A stretch of 64,000 nt of DNA from Ascoidea asiatica JCM 7603 (lineage: Eukaryota; Fungi; Ascomycota): assembly GCA_001600695.1 (NCBI GenBank), contig BCKQ01000002.1:1902258-1966257 (forward strand), given 5' to 3'. Shown here piece after piece: positions 1 through 11,165 of the stretch. The translations under genes were made by a program, and so were the position numbers. Under the pieces are notes generated by a model, which was not told the origin of the DNA, did no database searches, and saw only the letters and a program-made list of their open reading frames with translations. Position 1 is the first letter of the stretch; the number at the start of each line of letters is the position of its first letter.

Positions 1-829
1 ATTGAATATTTCAATTGATGGTGGCAATACTTGGATATGGCGGATATATGAAAATCCGAATAGATCCAAGCCAGGAAGCAAAGGGCATTATACGAGCTGC
101 TATCCGTAAAAGGAAATGCGGAATAAGGACGGTTTCAAAAATTTGATTTAATTTCCGCAGTTACCCTCCCGTTTCTAAGCCAGAATGCTTACGTCATCAG
201 CTTTTCACCTACCGTAGAAAAGAAGAAGAAAATGAGATCTCGGAAGAGAATGCATTCCGTGAAACCAACCAGAAAGCACTTGACCAAACCCTGGGAAAAG
301 AGCGCGCGACAGCAGCAAACGCAGTGACGAACAAACGAACCAGAGTAAAAAAGAATAAAAACACGCAAAACGCCAACAATGCAGGGCTGAAGACCCCGGG
401 GAAGGGGAACAAAACACCACTGCCGATTGCTATGGCTGGCACTTTTGGCCTTTGGTAGGAATCTGAATAAGAAATAAGAAAAGAAGAAAGAAATCAGAAA
501 TCAGATGCAAATACCTCCAAAAGAAGTTGGAACAACAATTACTTTTCAAAAAACAACTAATCATCAATCTCAGAGTCTTCAGATCACTCAAGAAGATAGA
601 ACAGTTATATTCATTCTGCTCTTTTCAGAGATTTAAAACTCTTAAAACTTCAATGGACAGCTACTGTGTTGTTTTTTTCAAAGTGAATCAAAGAACAGTT
701 TCTATTGCTTTTATTTCTAAAGTAAACAGAATCTAATTGAAATACTTCAATGAAATCAAATTAAAATCAAACAATCAAACAATAAAACAATTAATTGTAT
801 CAATAATAAGTCAATTAATCAATTTCAAA

Positions 830-2104
830 ATGATGAATACACCTCAGATAAATATAACTCATTCTCAACCAGATTTAATTAAGTCGAATTCTTCAAATAC
901 AACTCCAAAGAAATCTGTTAATTTAAATAAATCACCATCTGGTAAAAAAGCCTTTCTTGGAATTTTTTCAAATAATAATAATAAGAATAATAACATTACT
1001 ATTGATACAGATAAGAAAAATACATCTCCTTTACATGATATTCAAATATCACCAACTAGATCTAGATCAAGATCAATATCAATATCAAGATCAATATCCA
1101 AAAACAGAAACAGATCAAAATCAATATCTCAATCTTCAATAGGTGAAAACACAAGTAAAAATATAATAAGCAATTCAAATAATAATTCAAATAATAATTC
1201 AAATAATGAACATAATGATTCAATTTCTTTAAATTCAAATAATTCAAATAATTCAAGTAATTCCTTTACTTCTTCCGATTCCGAAAGTTTTAATCCAATC
1301 AATGAATCAAATATATCCACTCCTTCCCGTTTCAACAAATCTACAAAAAATAAAAATATTATCGATAAAAAACACATAAATAATAACATAAATAATATAA
1401 TAAATAATAATCCATTATCTCCTTCAATATCAAAATTTTCTAATAATAATAATAATAATAATAATAATCAAGATTATCCTCAAAATCCTTTATCTTATCC
1501 ATCTCATTCTCAATCTCAATCTCAAATTCAAATTCAAACTCCAAATCAACTTCTGCTGAATATACATCAGAAATTGAATTCAATGGAAAGTCATTTCTCA
1601 AATAGATTAGATTTTAATTCTGATATATATAATTCAAATTATAATTCAAATTCAAATTCAAATTTCGATTCAAATCAATTAGATTTAGATAGTTTAAATT
1701 TAAATTCAAATTTTAATAGTCAATATTTATCTGATAATAATATAGATTTATATCAATTATTAGTACAACCAAAATATTTAAGATTATTTACAAAATCAAA
1801 ATCAAAAAATTATTTAAATTATTCAAATCATTTATTCTTAGCTCAACAATTAAATATTCAAAATAATTTAAATTTAAATCATTTTTTATCAAATAATCAA
1901 AATTTTGATCAAACAAATTTAAATATTGTAAATAATACTATAACTCCTCATACTCAATTAACTTTAATTAATAAATTTAAATCTTTTGATAATATTGAAA
2001 ATAATTCAATTCTTGAAAATAAATCAAATAAATCAAATAAATCAATTTATTCAAGATCAAATTCAATTAATAATAATATTAATAATCTTAATACAACAAC
2101 TACA

Positions 2105-2139
<35 letters not shown>

Positions 2140-4372
2140 AAGTTTAAATAATGATATTGATAAAAATCATAAAATAAAACCAAAAAATGGTGCTATATGG
2201 TCTCTTCAATTTAATCATGATGGAAAATATTTAGCCGCTGCAGGTCAAGATGCTATAATAAGAATATGGAAAGTAATATCTTCTCCATTAGATAGACTTG
2301 AATATCAACATAATAATAGTAATAATAATAATAATAATATTACTATCAATACTAATAGTATAATTAATAATATTAATAATAATAATTTAAATAATAATAA
2401 TTTAAATAATGTAAACAATATTAATAATATAAATAATTTTGATCCAACTTCTCCAAATTCATTATCTGAACAAAGTGAATATGATACTATACTGCAAAAT
2501 TCAAATTCTTCAAAAAAACCTGTTTATGCACCTGTATTTCATGATACTCCATATAAAGAATTTTTTGGACATTCATTAGATATTTTATCTTTAACTTGGA
2601 GTAAAAATAATTTTTTATTATCAGCTTCAAAAGATGGTACTGTTAGATTATGGCATATAGATAGAAATAATTGTCTTGGAGTTTTCAATCATCCAGAAGG
2701 TGTAACTTCAGTTTGTTTTCATCCAAATGATGATAGATTTTTTTTAAGTGGAGCTTTAGATAATGGTTTAAGATTATGGTCAATTTTAGATAAAGAAGTT
2801 AGTTATGTTGAAATTTTACCAAGTTTAATAACTGCAATTTGTTTTTCACCTGATGGTTCAACAACTTATGCAGGAACTTTTAATGGTATGTGTTTTTGTT
2901 TTGAAGCAAAAGGTTTAGAATTAAAATATCAATTTGAAGTACGTAATACATATGGTAAAAATTCTCGTGGTACAAAAATTTCTGGTATTCAATGTTATGA
3001 TATTGAAAAAAATTCAATAATAAATTCTCCAATAAATTCTACAAATAATTTTTTAAATAATAAAATTATTAAAGATACAAGAATTATTATTACAACAAAT
3101 GATTCAAGAATTAGAATATATTCATCACTTACAAAAACTTTAGTTACAAAATTTAGAGGTTTAGAAAATAAATCATCACAAGCAGTTGCATCAATTTCAG
3201 ATGATAAAGATTATCTTATATGTGGATCAGAAGATAATTATATATATATGTGGAAAATTAATGATGAAGAATTATTAGAAAAATATGATAAAAAAAATAG
3301 AAGAAATTTAATACATAATTCTAAATTAAAAAAAAAATATATTGATTTTATTGATGAAATTCCAAAAAAATTAAAAAATGGAAATTATATTGCATTTCAT
3401 GCACATAAATCACCAGTTACATGTGCAATATTTGCACCAAATTCAACAAAGAAATATTTATCATTATCAAATGATCCAATTTATGAATTATTTTCAATTT
3501 GGGAAGATGTAATGAAAAATAATTTAGAATTAGAAAATATTGGATCACCAAAATCATTTAAATCTAAAACAGAATCAGAAAATTCAGAAAAATTAAAAAA
3601 AATTAAAAGTTCATTAAGTCAATTTATTGATATTGAACCAATTTTAGATCCAATAATTGTTAGTGCAGATAGAGATGGTATAATTAGAATTTTTAGACAA
3701 GATTCTGGACAAGAATTAAGAAAAGTTTTATTAGAACATTTTATTAATAAACCAGGTAATGAAAAATTAGCAGAAAAAAAAAAAAAATTAATTGTTACAA
3801 AACTTACAAAAAAAGCTAAACCAAAAACATTAAGACATTTTGGAAATAGATCAAGATCACCATCAATGGATAAAAGAGTTATTGGAATGAAAACAATTGG
3901 AGAAAATAATATTAATAATATAGGAGGAATAGGAGGATCATCATTAAAACAAGTTTCATCTAGTAAATATGGAGAAGATAAGAAATCCAGTCCTGATAGA
4001 ATATCCAATAATAATAATAATAATGATGATATTATAGGTTATAATAATATAAATAATAATAATAATAATGATGGTAATAATAGTAATTATAATAATAATA
4101 GTAATAATATTATAAATGATAATAATTATAGTTATAATGATTTAAATAATACAGATTTTTTAACATTACCACCAAAACTTAAAAGTTCTGGATCATTTTA
4201 TTCATTACATAATGGATCTAAAGGTAGTTTATTTTCAAGAGGACGTAAAAAAAGTGAAGTTGGTAAAAGAATTTGTGATATATGTAGTGGTATAAAATTT
4301 GCATTTAAAGTTATTGATAATAGGGAAACATTAATTTGTACAGATTGTGGAAATCAAGTAAATACTGTTTGA
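830..4372 (+). CDS. WD40-repeat protein, Dgr2/Laf1(YMR102C)/WDR44 family, with C-terminal CxxC..CxxC zinc ribbon
   Basis: WD repeats GAIWSLQFNHDGKYLAAAGQDAIIRIW, GHSLDILSLTWSKNNFLLSASKDGTVRLW and VTSVCFHPNDDRFFLSGALDNGLRLW; C-terminal CDIC...CTDC. The ORF track starts at TTG 737; the first ATG (AAAATG context) is at 830. Confidence 0.88.
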
Positions 4373-4384
4373 ATAGGTGATGAA

Positions 4385-4415
<31 letters not shown>

Positions 4416-4518
4416 ATAGATAAATAATAGAATTAGCGTTATATTTGAAAAGACAAAAAAGATTAATATTGTACAAATTATATAATTTTATATTATATAT
4501 AAGTTTATATGATATAAA

Positions 4519-5028
4519 TTAGAGAACACTTCTAATGATTGTTTCATTTGGTAAATTAGTTGAATTAATATCATCACCATTTTGAAAATCTTGATGTTTT
4601 AAATAAGATAAAAAATAACAAATTGAAGATATTAAAGTTAAAATTGCAATAACAATTAATGAAGTTGCAGAAGTTATAATTGAAAGCCATTGAATTATAG
4701 ACATTAATAAATAAAAACCAGATCTTGGTAAATTTTGATTAAATTTATTCATAAAATTTGTAAATTCAATTGTAAATGGACAAATTTTTAATAAAAATGG
4801 AATTTCAACAAATAAAATTAAAAAAGATTGTAAGATTGCAAATATTGAAAAAATTATAACTAAAGAAAAATGAAAAATATTTGCAATACCTAAAGCAAGA
4901 CATAAAATTGAAGTTAAAATACCTATCCATTTACCATAAGTACCATAATTTCTACTTTTCATATCTTTATTAAATTTTGAAAGACCATTATTAAAAAAAG
5001 TTTTTGCAACTTCTAAACCAAGTGCCAT
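4519..5028 (-). CDS. TVP18: Golgi membrane protein Tvp18
   Basis: 169 aa with 4 hydrophobic segments; motifs YGKWIGIL..LCLALGIANIFHF and FVEIPFLLKICP are typical of Tvp18. Confidence 0.9.
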   Translation of the reverse strand: MALGLEVAKTFFNNGLSKFNKDMKSRNYGTYGKWIGILTSILCLALGIANIFHFSLVIIFSIFAILQSFLILFVEIPFLLKICPFTIEFTNFMNKFNQNLPRSGFYLLMSIIQWLSIITSATSLIVIAILTLISSICYFLSYLKHQDFQNGDDINSTNLPNETIIRSVL

Positions 5029-5570
5029 TTTTAGTTAGTTATTGATTATTATATAACAGATTTAAGATCTTAGATTATTGAATTGAGCAAATGAATTGAT
5101 TGACTGATTGATTGAAGAGAATTGTATTGAAGAATTGTATTGAATAGAATACTTGATTGATTTACAGATATATATAAATATATATAATTGATTAATTGAT
5201 TAATTGATTGATTGATTAATATGATTATTGATTAGCTGTTTAAATAAAGGTTTAATAATAATTGAATTGATAATAAGACAAAGACAAAGACAAAGAAGAC
5301 AAAGAAGACAAAGAGAATGAGAAGATGAGGACAATGAATGATCTGAAGCTGGCTTTGCGTCTCTGGAGCTTTGGAGCTTTGCAGTTTTGCAGCTTTGCTC
5401 GTTCGTTTCCTCGCAAACTTCAACAGCAGCAGTAAACACGTAACGAGAACAGCAGCAGCATCAGCCACACTTCAGGAATCAGGACAAGTGCGAGGACAAG
5501 GAGTGTCCTGAGATGATGTATAAATAAACCAAAAATAAATACACAGAAATAAATAAAAAAAAAAAAAATA

Positions 5571-5644
5571 TGGTCCCTAGCAGGATCGAACTGCTGATCC
5601 CCGCGTTATTAGCACGATGCCTTAACCAACTGGGCCAAGGGACC
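5571..5644 (-). tRNA. tRNA-Ile, anticodon AAT
   Basis: Reverse complement GGTCCCTTGGCCCAGTTGGTTAAGGCATCGTGCTAATAACGCGGGGATCAGCAGTTCGATCCTGCTAGGGACCA: cloverleaf with A/B boxes and a downstream T-run terminator. Confidence 0.97.
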
Positions 5645-5903
5645 AGATAATTTAATCATAGATATTCATAATCGCAAAATTGAGAACTGGATTATTTTTC
5701 ATTAATCCTTAGATATGGGAAAACTAGTGGTAAATCTTAAGATAATAAGGTTAATAAGGTTACTGGTCCATATACTACAGTTTAAATCAGTATAAATATC
5801 GATATATAATTATTGAAATGTTTGATAATGATAATTTTTCCATTTTTTTTTGCTTTTTTTGCTTTTTTTGCTTTTATTGGTGGCTTGAAACAATTGAGAA
5901 AAT

Positions 5904-5954
5904 ATGGAGATTGATTTTAGAACAGTGAGTGTATTTGAATACGAATATTAATAT

Positions 5955-5985
<31 letters not shown>

Positions 5986-6453
5986 TAAATAATGAGATTG
6001 AAAAGTTATTAATTATACTAACTGTATGATTATTATTATTATAATTATTATTATGTCAAGTCCGTTTATGGAGAAAGTAGAGGTGGACATCATTATTGTA
6101 TTGAATTTAAAAGAAATCCAATAAGAATAGTTGCATATTATTCACAATTTTTAAATGGACTTGAATTTCATTTTAGAGATTTTGCAAAACAAGAATTTGG
6201 TAATTTAACTGGTAAAACTTCAATATTTAATTTACAAGAAGATGAATTAATAACTTCAGTAAATTTAAATTTTGGTTTATTCATAGATTCAATTCAATTT
6301 TTTACAAATAAAAAAAGATGTTCAAAAAGATTTGGTGGTACTGGTGGTGGTAATACAACTGTTGAATTTAATGGTAAATTAGTTAAACTTTTTGGTAAAT
6401 GTGGTGGTTTAGTTGATTGTATGTGTTTTGGAACTATTGATGAAAAATTGTGA
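5904..6453 (+). CDS. Stand-alone jacalin-like (beta-prism I) lectin, 137 aa, two exons (5904-5924, 6061-6453)
   Basis: Exon 1 MEIDFRT; intron 5925-6060 with GTGAGT donor, TACTAAC branch at 6016-6022 and AAG acceptor; exon 2 open in phase 0: SVYGESRGG...FNLQEDELITSVNLNFGLFIDSIQFFTNKKRCSKRFGGTGGG...NGKLVKLFGKCGGLVDCMCFG. Not in the ORF track. Confidence 0.85.
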
Positions 6454-6559
6454 CCATAATAACAATAACTTGTTAATGAGAATTAACTATCAAGTAACTG
6501 TTAACCAAATAGAAATAGAAATAGAAATAGAAACAAAAATAATAATAATAATAATAATA

Positions 6560-6970
6560 ATAAATGTGACTTACGGGGTATCACACGGGGTATTTTTTAT
6601 AATTCATTCCGAGTTTCGACCTACTAGACATCATAATGCGGCAAACACCGCTAACGCACAGATACTTTTATTACCACTTTTGCGGTACTGCGTTTGCTTA
6701 GCCACATTGAACTATTTTTTATTATCACCATCCTCGTCAGTGGCTTTTAGCCCCGATGTCTTTTGACAGTGTGGCGCGCCCTGGTCCACTGACGTCAAGA
6801 ACGCGAGTGACGTAAAGCGGTACAGGATCCACTGCGAGTCTCAGTCCCAGTCCCAGCTATTTCTGCTTCTTCTGCTTCCTCTGCTTCCTCTGCTCTTGTT
6901 CTTCGTTTCAGTCCACCAACCACCGCATTTCTACCGCATTTCTACCGCATATCTACCGCATATCCACTGC
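6560..6970 (+). promoter_or_regulatory. GC-rich promoter island of the RCK kinase gene with ATF/CREB (Sko1/Atf1-type) sites
   Basis: TGACGTCA at 6790-6797 and TGACGTAA at 6808-6815, inside a GC-rich block about 0.7-1 kb upstream of ATG 7635. Confidence 0.55.
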
Positions 6971-7634
6971 TTCACTACTTCACTACTTCACTTATCAACA
7001 GTTCTTAGATTTCAATCTCATTTCAATCTCATTTCATAAAACATTATTTATTCAAATTTCAATTCAACTCATTTCAATTCATTTCAATTAATCTTTAAAT
7101 TATTAAAAGGTTTAAATACAAAACTTCTTCTCAAATTATTCATAAAATAAAGAAACTAGCATTTATTCATTTATTCATTTATTCATTAGATTTTATTACT
7201 AAAAAAGTATAGAAAGATACAAATATTTGTACCTTTTTCCTCAAATACTCATCTTATCAATAATATTTTCTCAATTTTATTTATTATATAATTTTTTTTT
7301 CTTAAATTCATCATAAAACATTCATTAAAACATATTAATCTGAAATTTTTATTTATTTATTATTTTAAAAATATTTAAATTTTTAAACATTTAAAAGTAT
7401 TTACTTTCAAACATCTAAATACAAAATACATCTCATTCTTAATAATCTATTAATAATACAATAATAATATAATCATTTATTTCATTTCATTTACTCTCTT
7501 TATATTTATAATCATATATAGACTTAAATTTATTTATTTATCTATTTAGTCATTTCCTCTTCTTTTTTTTTGTAAATCTTTTTTTATAACATATTACATT
7601 CATATATATTAATTTAATTTAATTTAATTTAAAA

Positions 7635-9701
7635 ATGATTCAAGGATTTAAAAAATTATTTCATAATAAAGATAATAAAGAAAACAAGGATGATAAACAT
7701 ATTAAAGATAATAAACTCAATAGAGATAATAAAGAAAATAAAGATATAATTATAAATTCTGAAAAGGAAAATATAATAAATAGTAACTCAAATAATAATT
7801 CAAATGATACTTTAAATAATACTTCAATGGAAAATCAAATTCCAATCAAAAAATCAAAAAGTTTAAGATTTAAAAATAAAATTAAAAGAGATAAAACTAT
7901 TAAAAAATCAACTACTAATAATTCAAATTCTAATAACAATAATAATAACAATAATAACAATAATAATAAAATACCTAATAATAATTCAAATAACAATTCA
8001 AATAACAATTCAAATAAAATTCCTATAAGGAAAAATCCATATGATATATTAACTCAAAATGGTTATAGAATAATTTCTCAATTAGGTGAAGGTGCTTTCT
8101 CAAAAGTTTATAAAGGTGTTTTAATAAATAAAAATAATAATAATAATGAAGAATTTGTTGCAATAAAAATTATTGAAAAAAGTAATTTAGATTCAAATCA
8201 AAATTCTTCAATTTTAAAAGAAGTTTCAATTTTATCAAAATTAAATCATAAAAATATTGTAAAATTTAAAAAATTTTTTTCAAATAAATATTTTTATTTT
8301 ATTATACAAGAATTATGTAATGGTGGTGAAATTTTTAATCAAATTATTAATTATACTTATCTTAGTGAAAATTTATCAAGACATATAATTATTCAAATTG
8401 CAGAAAGTTTAAAATATTTACATAATGAAATTGGTATTGTTCATAGAGATTTAAAACCAGAAAATTTATTATTTAATAAAATTCCATTTAATTTTCATGA
8501 AAATTTTAATGATAAATTTTTTAAAAAAAAAATTTTAAGAAAAAGTGATGATCCTGAAAATAAAAAATATGAAGGTAAATTTATTTATGGTTATGGTGGT
8601 GGTACAATTGGTATTGTAAAATTAGCAGATTTTGGTTTAAGTAAACAAATTTGGGAATTAAAAACAAAAACTCCATGTGGTACAGTTGGTTATGTTGCTC
8701 CAGAAATTGTTAAAGATGAAAATTATAGTAAAAAAGTTGATTTATGGGGTTTAGGTTGTGTATTATATACATTATTATGTGGATTTCCACCATTTTATGA
8801 TGATAAAATTGATCAATTAACAATAAAAATTTCAAAAGGTCAATTTGAATTTTTATCACCATGGTGGGATGAAATTTCAATTGGTGCAAAAAATTGTATA
8901 AAAAATTTATTATGTGTTAATCCAAAATTTAGATATGATATTAATGAATTTTTTGAAGATGAATGGATTAAAGAATTTTTAAATAAATTACCAAAAGATT
9001 CAAATAATAATTATATTTATGCAATTGATAATGATGGTGATTTATCAAGTAGTTCATTAAATTATGAAATTGAAAAATCTAAATTTTTACATGATAAACA
9101 TATAAGAGATCATAAATTAAATAATAAAAATGAAATTAAAGATAAAGATTTAACAAAAGAAACTATATTATATGCACCTAAAATACCAAGAGATTCATGT
9201 TATACTCCACCTTCAGCATATTCACCTTCAGCTATGATGTTAAGAGATGCATTTGATATATCATCAGCAGTTCATAGAATGAATGAAGAAAAAATATTTA
9301 GTAAAAAACAAGGAAATAATGAGATTATCGAAGAACAAGATGAAGAAGAAGAAGAAGAAGAAGATTATGATGAAAATAAGAATAAGAATAAAAATAAAAA
9401 TAGGAATAGAAGTAGAAGTAGGAGTAAGAGTGAAAGTAAAAGTAAGAGTAGAAATAAAGGAAATAGAAATGGAAATATATTAAATAATGTAATAATTGAG
9501 AACTCTATTGATGGATCATCAGGTACATTTGATTTAAAAATTGAATCATCAAGTATATTTGAAAGAAGAAGACAAAAAAGAGATAAAATTGAAAAAGAAA
9601 ATAGTAATACTAATAGTAATAGTAAAAGTAATAATAAAGGTAATAATGTCAATGTTAATGTTAAATCTAAATTATCTTTAAAACCAATTACTGCAATTTA
9701 A
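7635..9701 (+). CDS. RCK2: Rck1/Rck2 (Srk1)-type MAPK-activated CaMK-like protein kinase
   Basis: LGEGAFSKV, VAIKII, HRDLKPENLLF, the family-specific insert LRKSDDP...EGKF..G.GGG.IG.VKLADFGLSKQIW, KTPCGTVGY and EFLSPWWDEIS. Confidence 0.9.
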   Translation: MIQGFKKLFHNKDNKENKDDKHIKDNKLNRDNKENKDIIINSEKENIINSNSNNNSNDTLNNTSMENQIPIKKSKSLRFKNKIKRDKTIKKSTTNNSNSNNNNNNNNNNNNKIPNNNSNNNSNNNSNKIPIRKNPYDILTQNGYRIISQLGEGAFSKVYKGVLINKNNNNNEEFVAIKIIEKSNLDSNQNSSILKEVSILSKLNHKNIVKFKKFFSNKYFYFIIQELCNGGEIFNQIINYTYLSENLSRHIIIQIAESLKYLHNEIGIVHRDLKPENLLFNKIPFNFHENFNDKFFKKKILRKSDDPENKKYEGKFIYGYGGGTIGIVKLADFGLSKQIWELKTKTPCGTVGYVAPEIVKDENYSKKVDLWGLGCVLYTLLCGFPPFYDDKIDQLTIKISKGQFEFLSPWWDEISIGAKNCIKNLLCVNPKFRYDINEFFEDEWIKEFLNKLPKDSNNNYIYAIDNDGDLSSSSLNYEIEKSKFLHDKHIRDHKLNNKNEIKDKDLTKETILYAPKIPRDSCYTPPSAYSPSAMMLRDAFDISSAVHRMNEEKIFSKKQGNNEIIEEQDEEEEEEEDYDENKNKNKNKNRNRSRSRSKSESKSKSRNKGNRNGNILNNVIIENSIDGSSGTFDLKIESSSIFERRRQKRDKIEKENSNTNSNSKSNNKGNNVNVNVKSKLSLKPITAI

Positions 9702-10009
9702 ATCAAACTATACAGTATAATCAAAGTTATGATTTTATTGGTTTCTTTTCTAAACTTCAATTCGGTATTTTATATTTCATTCTTCTTTTCTTTTTTTTTA
9801 TCTAATTAGTTATTTATGTTTCTCATTTAATGATTATTATTTATTCAGTCTTTTTACATATCAATTCATGATATATTTCAATTTGCAATAGCATAGTTAA
9901 GATAAAAGCATAAAAAAAGAATTTATTGTATATATGTGGATCCACACATTGCATGCAATACACTGTCTTCCAGTGTCCCCTTGCATTGAAACACAGTAAA
10001 ATACAGAAA

Positions 10010-10325
10010 TCATTCACGTGACATTTTTTTTTCTAAATTTTCAAGCCAGCGCCAAGTTCATGGTAATTCTCGCCTTGTTGAGTTTAGAAGTGGTGGCGGT
10101 GGTGGCGGGTGTGTCCCGACATGCAGCCTGCCCGGCCCACGTTGGCGTGCGCACGGAGCTCACGCGTTGCCCGTTGTCTCTGGCGCTGTTCTCGTGTCCC
10201 GGCGCTGTGCCCATGTGCGAGCCCAACTCAGCAATTCCTCTGCCAGCAATTCTGCTCGCAGCTTCCTCGACCCCAGCGATAAAAGAAGAAATCAAACTCG
10301 TTGCTCGCTTCTGCCTTTATCAGAT
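10010..10325 (+). promoter_or_regulatory. GC-rich promoter island upstream of KCS1 with E-boxes
   Basis: TCACGTGAC at 10014-10022 (Cbf1/Tye7-type) and CACGTT at 10138-10143 (Pho4-type); GC-rich block followed by an AT-rich leader of about 850 nt. Confidence 0.45.
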
Positions 10326-11165
10326 CTTAGATTTTTTATTGTTATCACCAATCCATTAGTAATTCTTATTCTATTTCTATTTATCTTTCTATCTTTCTAT
10401 CTTTATCTTTATCTTTATATTCCATATTCTAATTCATATTCTTATTCATATACTTATTGAAATTGAGGTTTGAATTGAATTTGAGATTATATTCAATCAG
10501 ATCATACCAAAAACTACTTTCATATTCTTATTTTTATATTCTTATTTCAATTTCATAAATTTATCAGTATTTGAGAAATCAAAGCAAAAAAAAAACGAAA
10601 GAAAACGAAAAGAAGCACATAATTTCAACTAAAATTTTTTTTTTTTTTTTTTGAAAAACGGTTTAAATTTAAGAAAAACCTTTTCGAATTCAAGAAAATT
10701 TATACAACTTTATTTATTTATTTTTATTCGATAAAGAATTTAATAAAGAGACTATTTAATAATCATTTGATATTAATATATTTTAATAAATATTCAAAGT
10801 TTTCAAATATTTATTATTATTGTAACGTTTTTTACTTTATTTATTTATTTCAAATGATTTATAAAAAAATTATATAAATAATAATCAAAATCATAATAAT
10901 ATTAAAAATAATATCTAAAAAAAAGTTAAAGAATATTCCATTTTCAAAAAATTATATATTTTCAATAAATTTATCAAATTTTATCAACTTTTTTCAAATA
11001 AATATTCCTTAATATTCATCAATATTCATTCATTTATTCATTCATTAATTTATATAAAATATATATAAAATATATATAAACTATATATATATATATTATC
11101 TTTCTTTTCTTGTATTATATCTAATCCATAAATATAAAATCATTTCAAAAAATTATAATCTAATA

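Noticed and set aside
205-736. Short ORFs at 205-442 and 527-736
   Set aside because: They lie in the GC-rich promoter and leader of the WD40 gene and have no protein-like features.
6413-6766. 117-aa ORF
   Set aside because: TTG start, out of frame with the end of the jacalin exon, and runs through microsatellite and promoter sequence.
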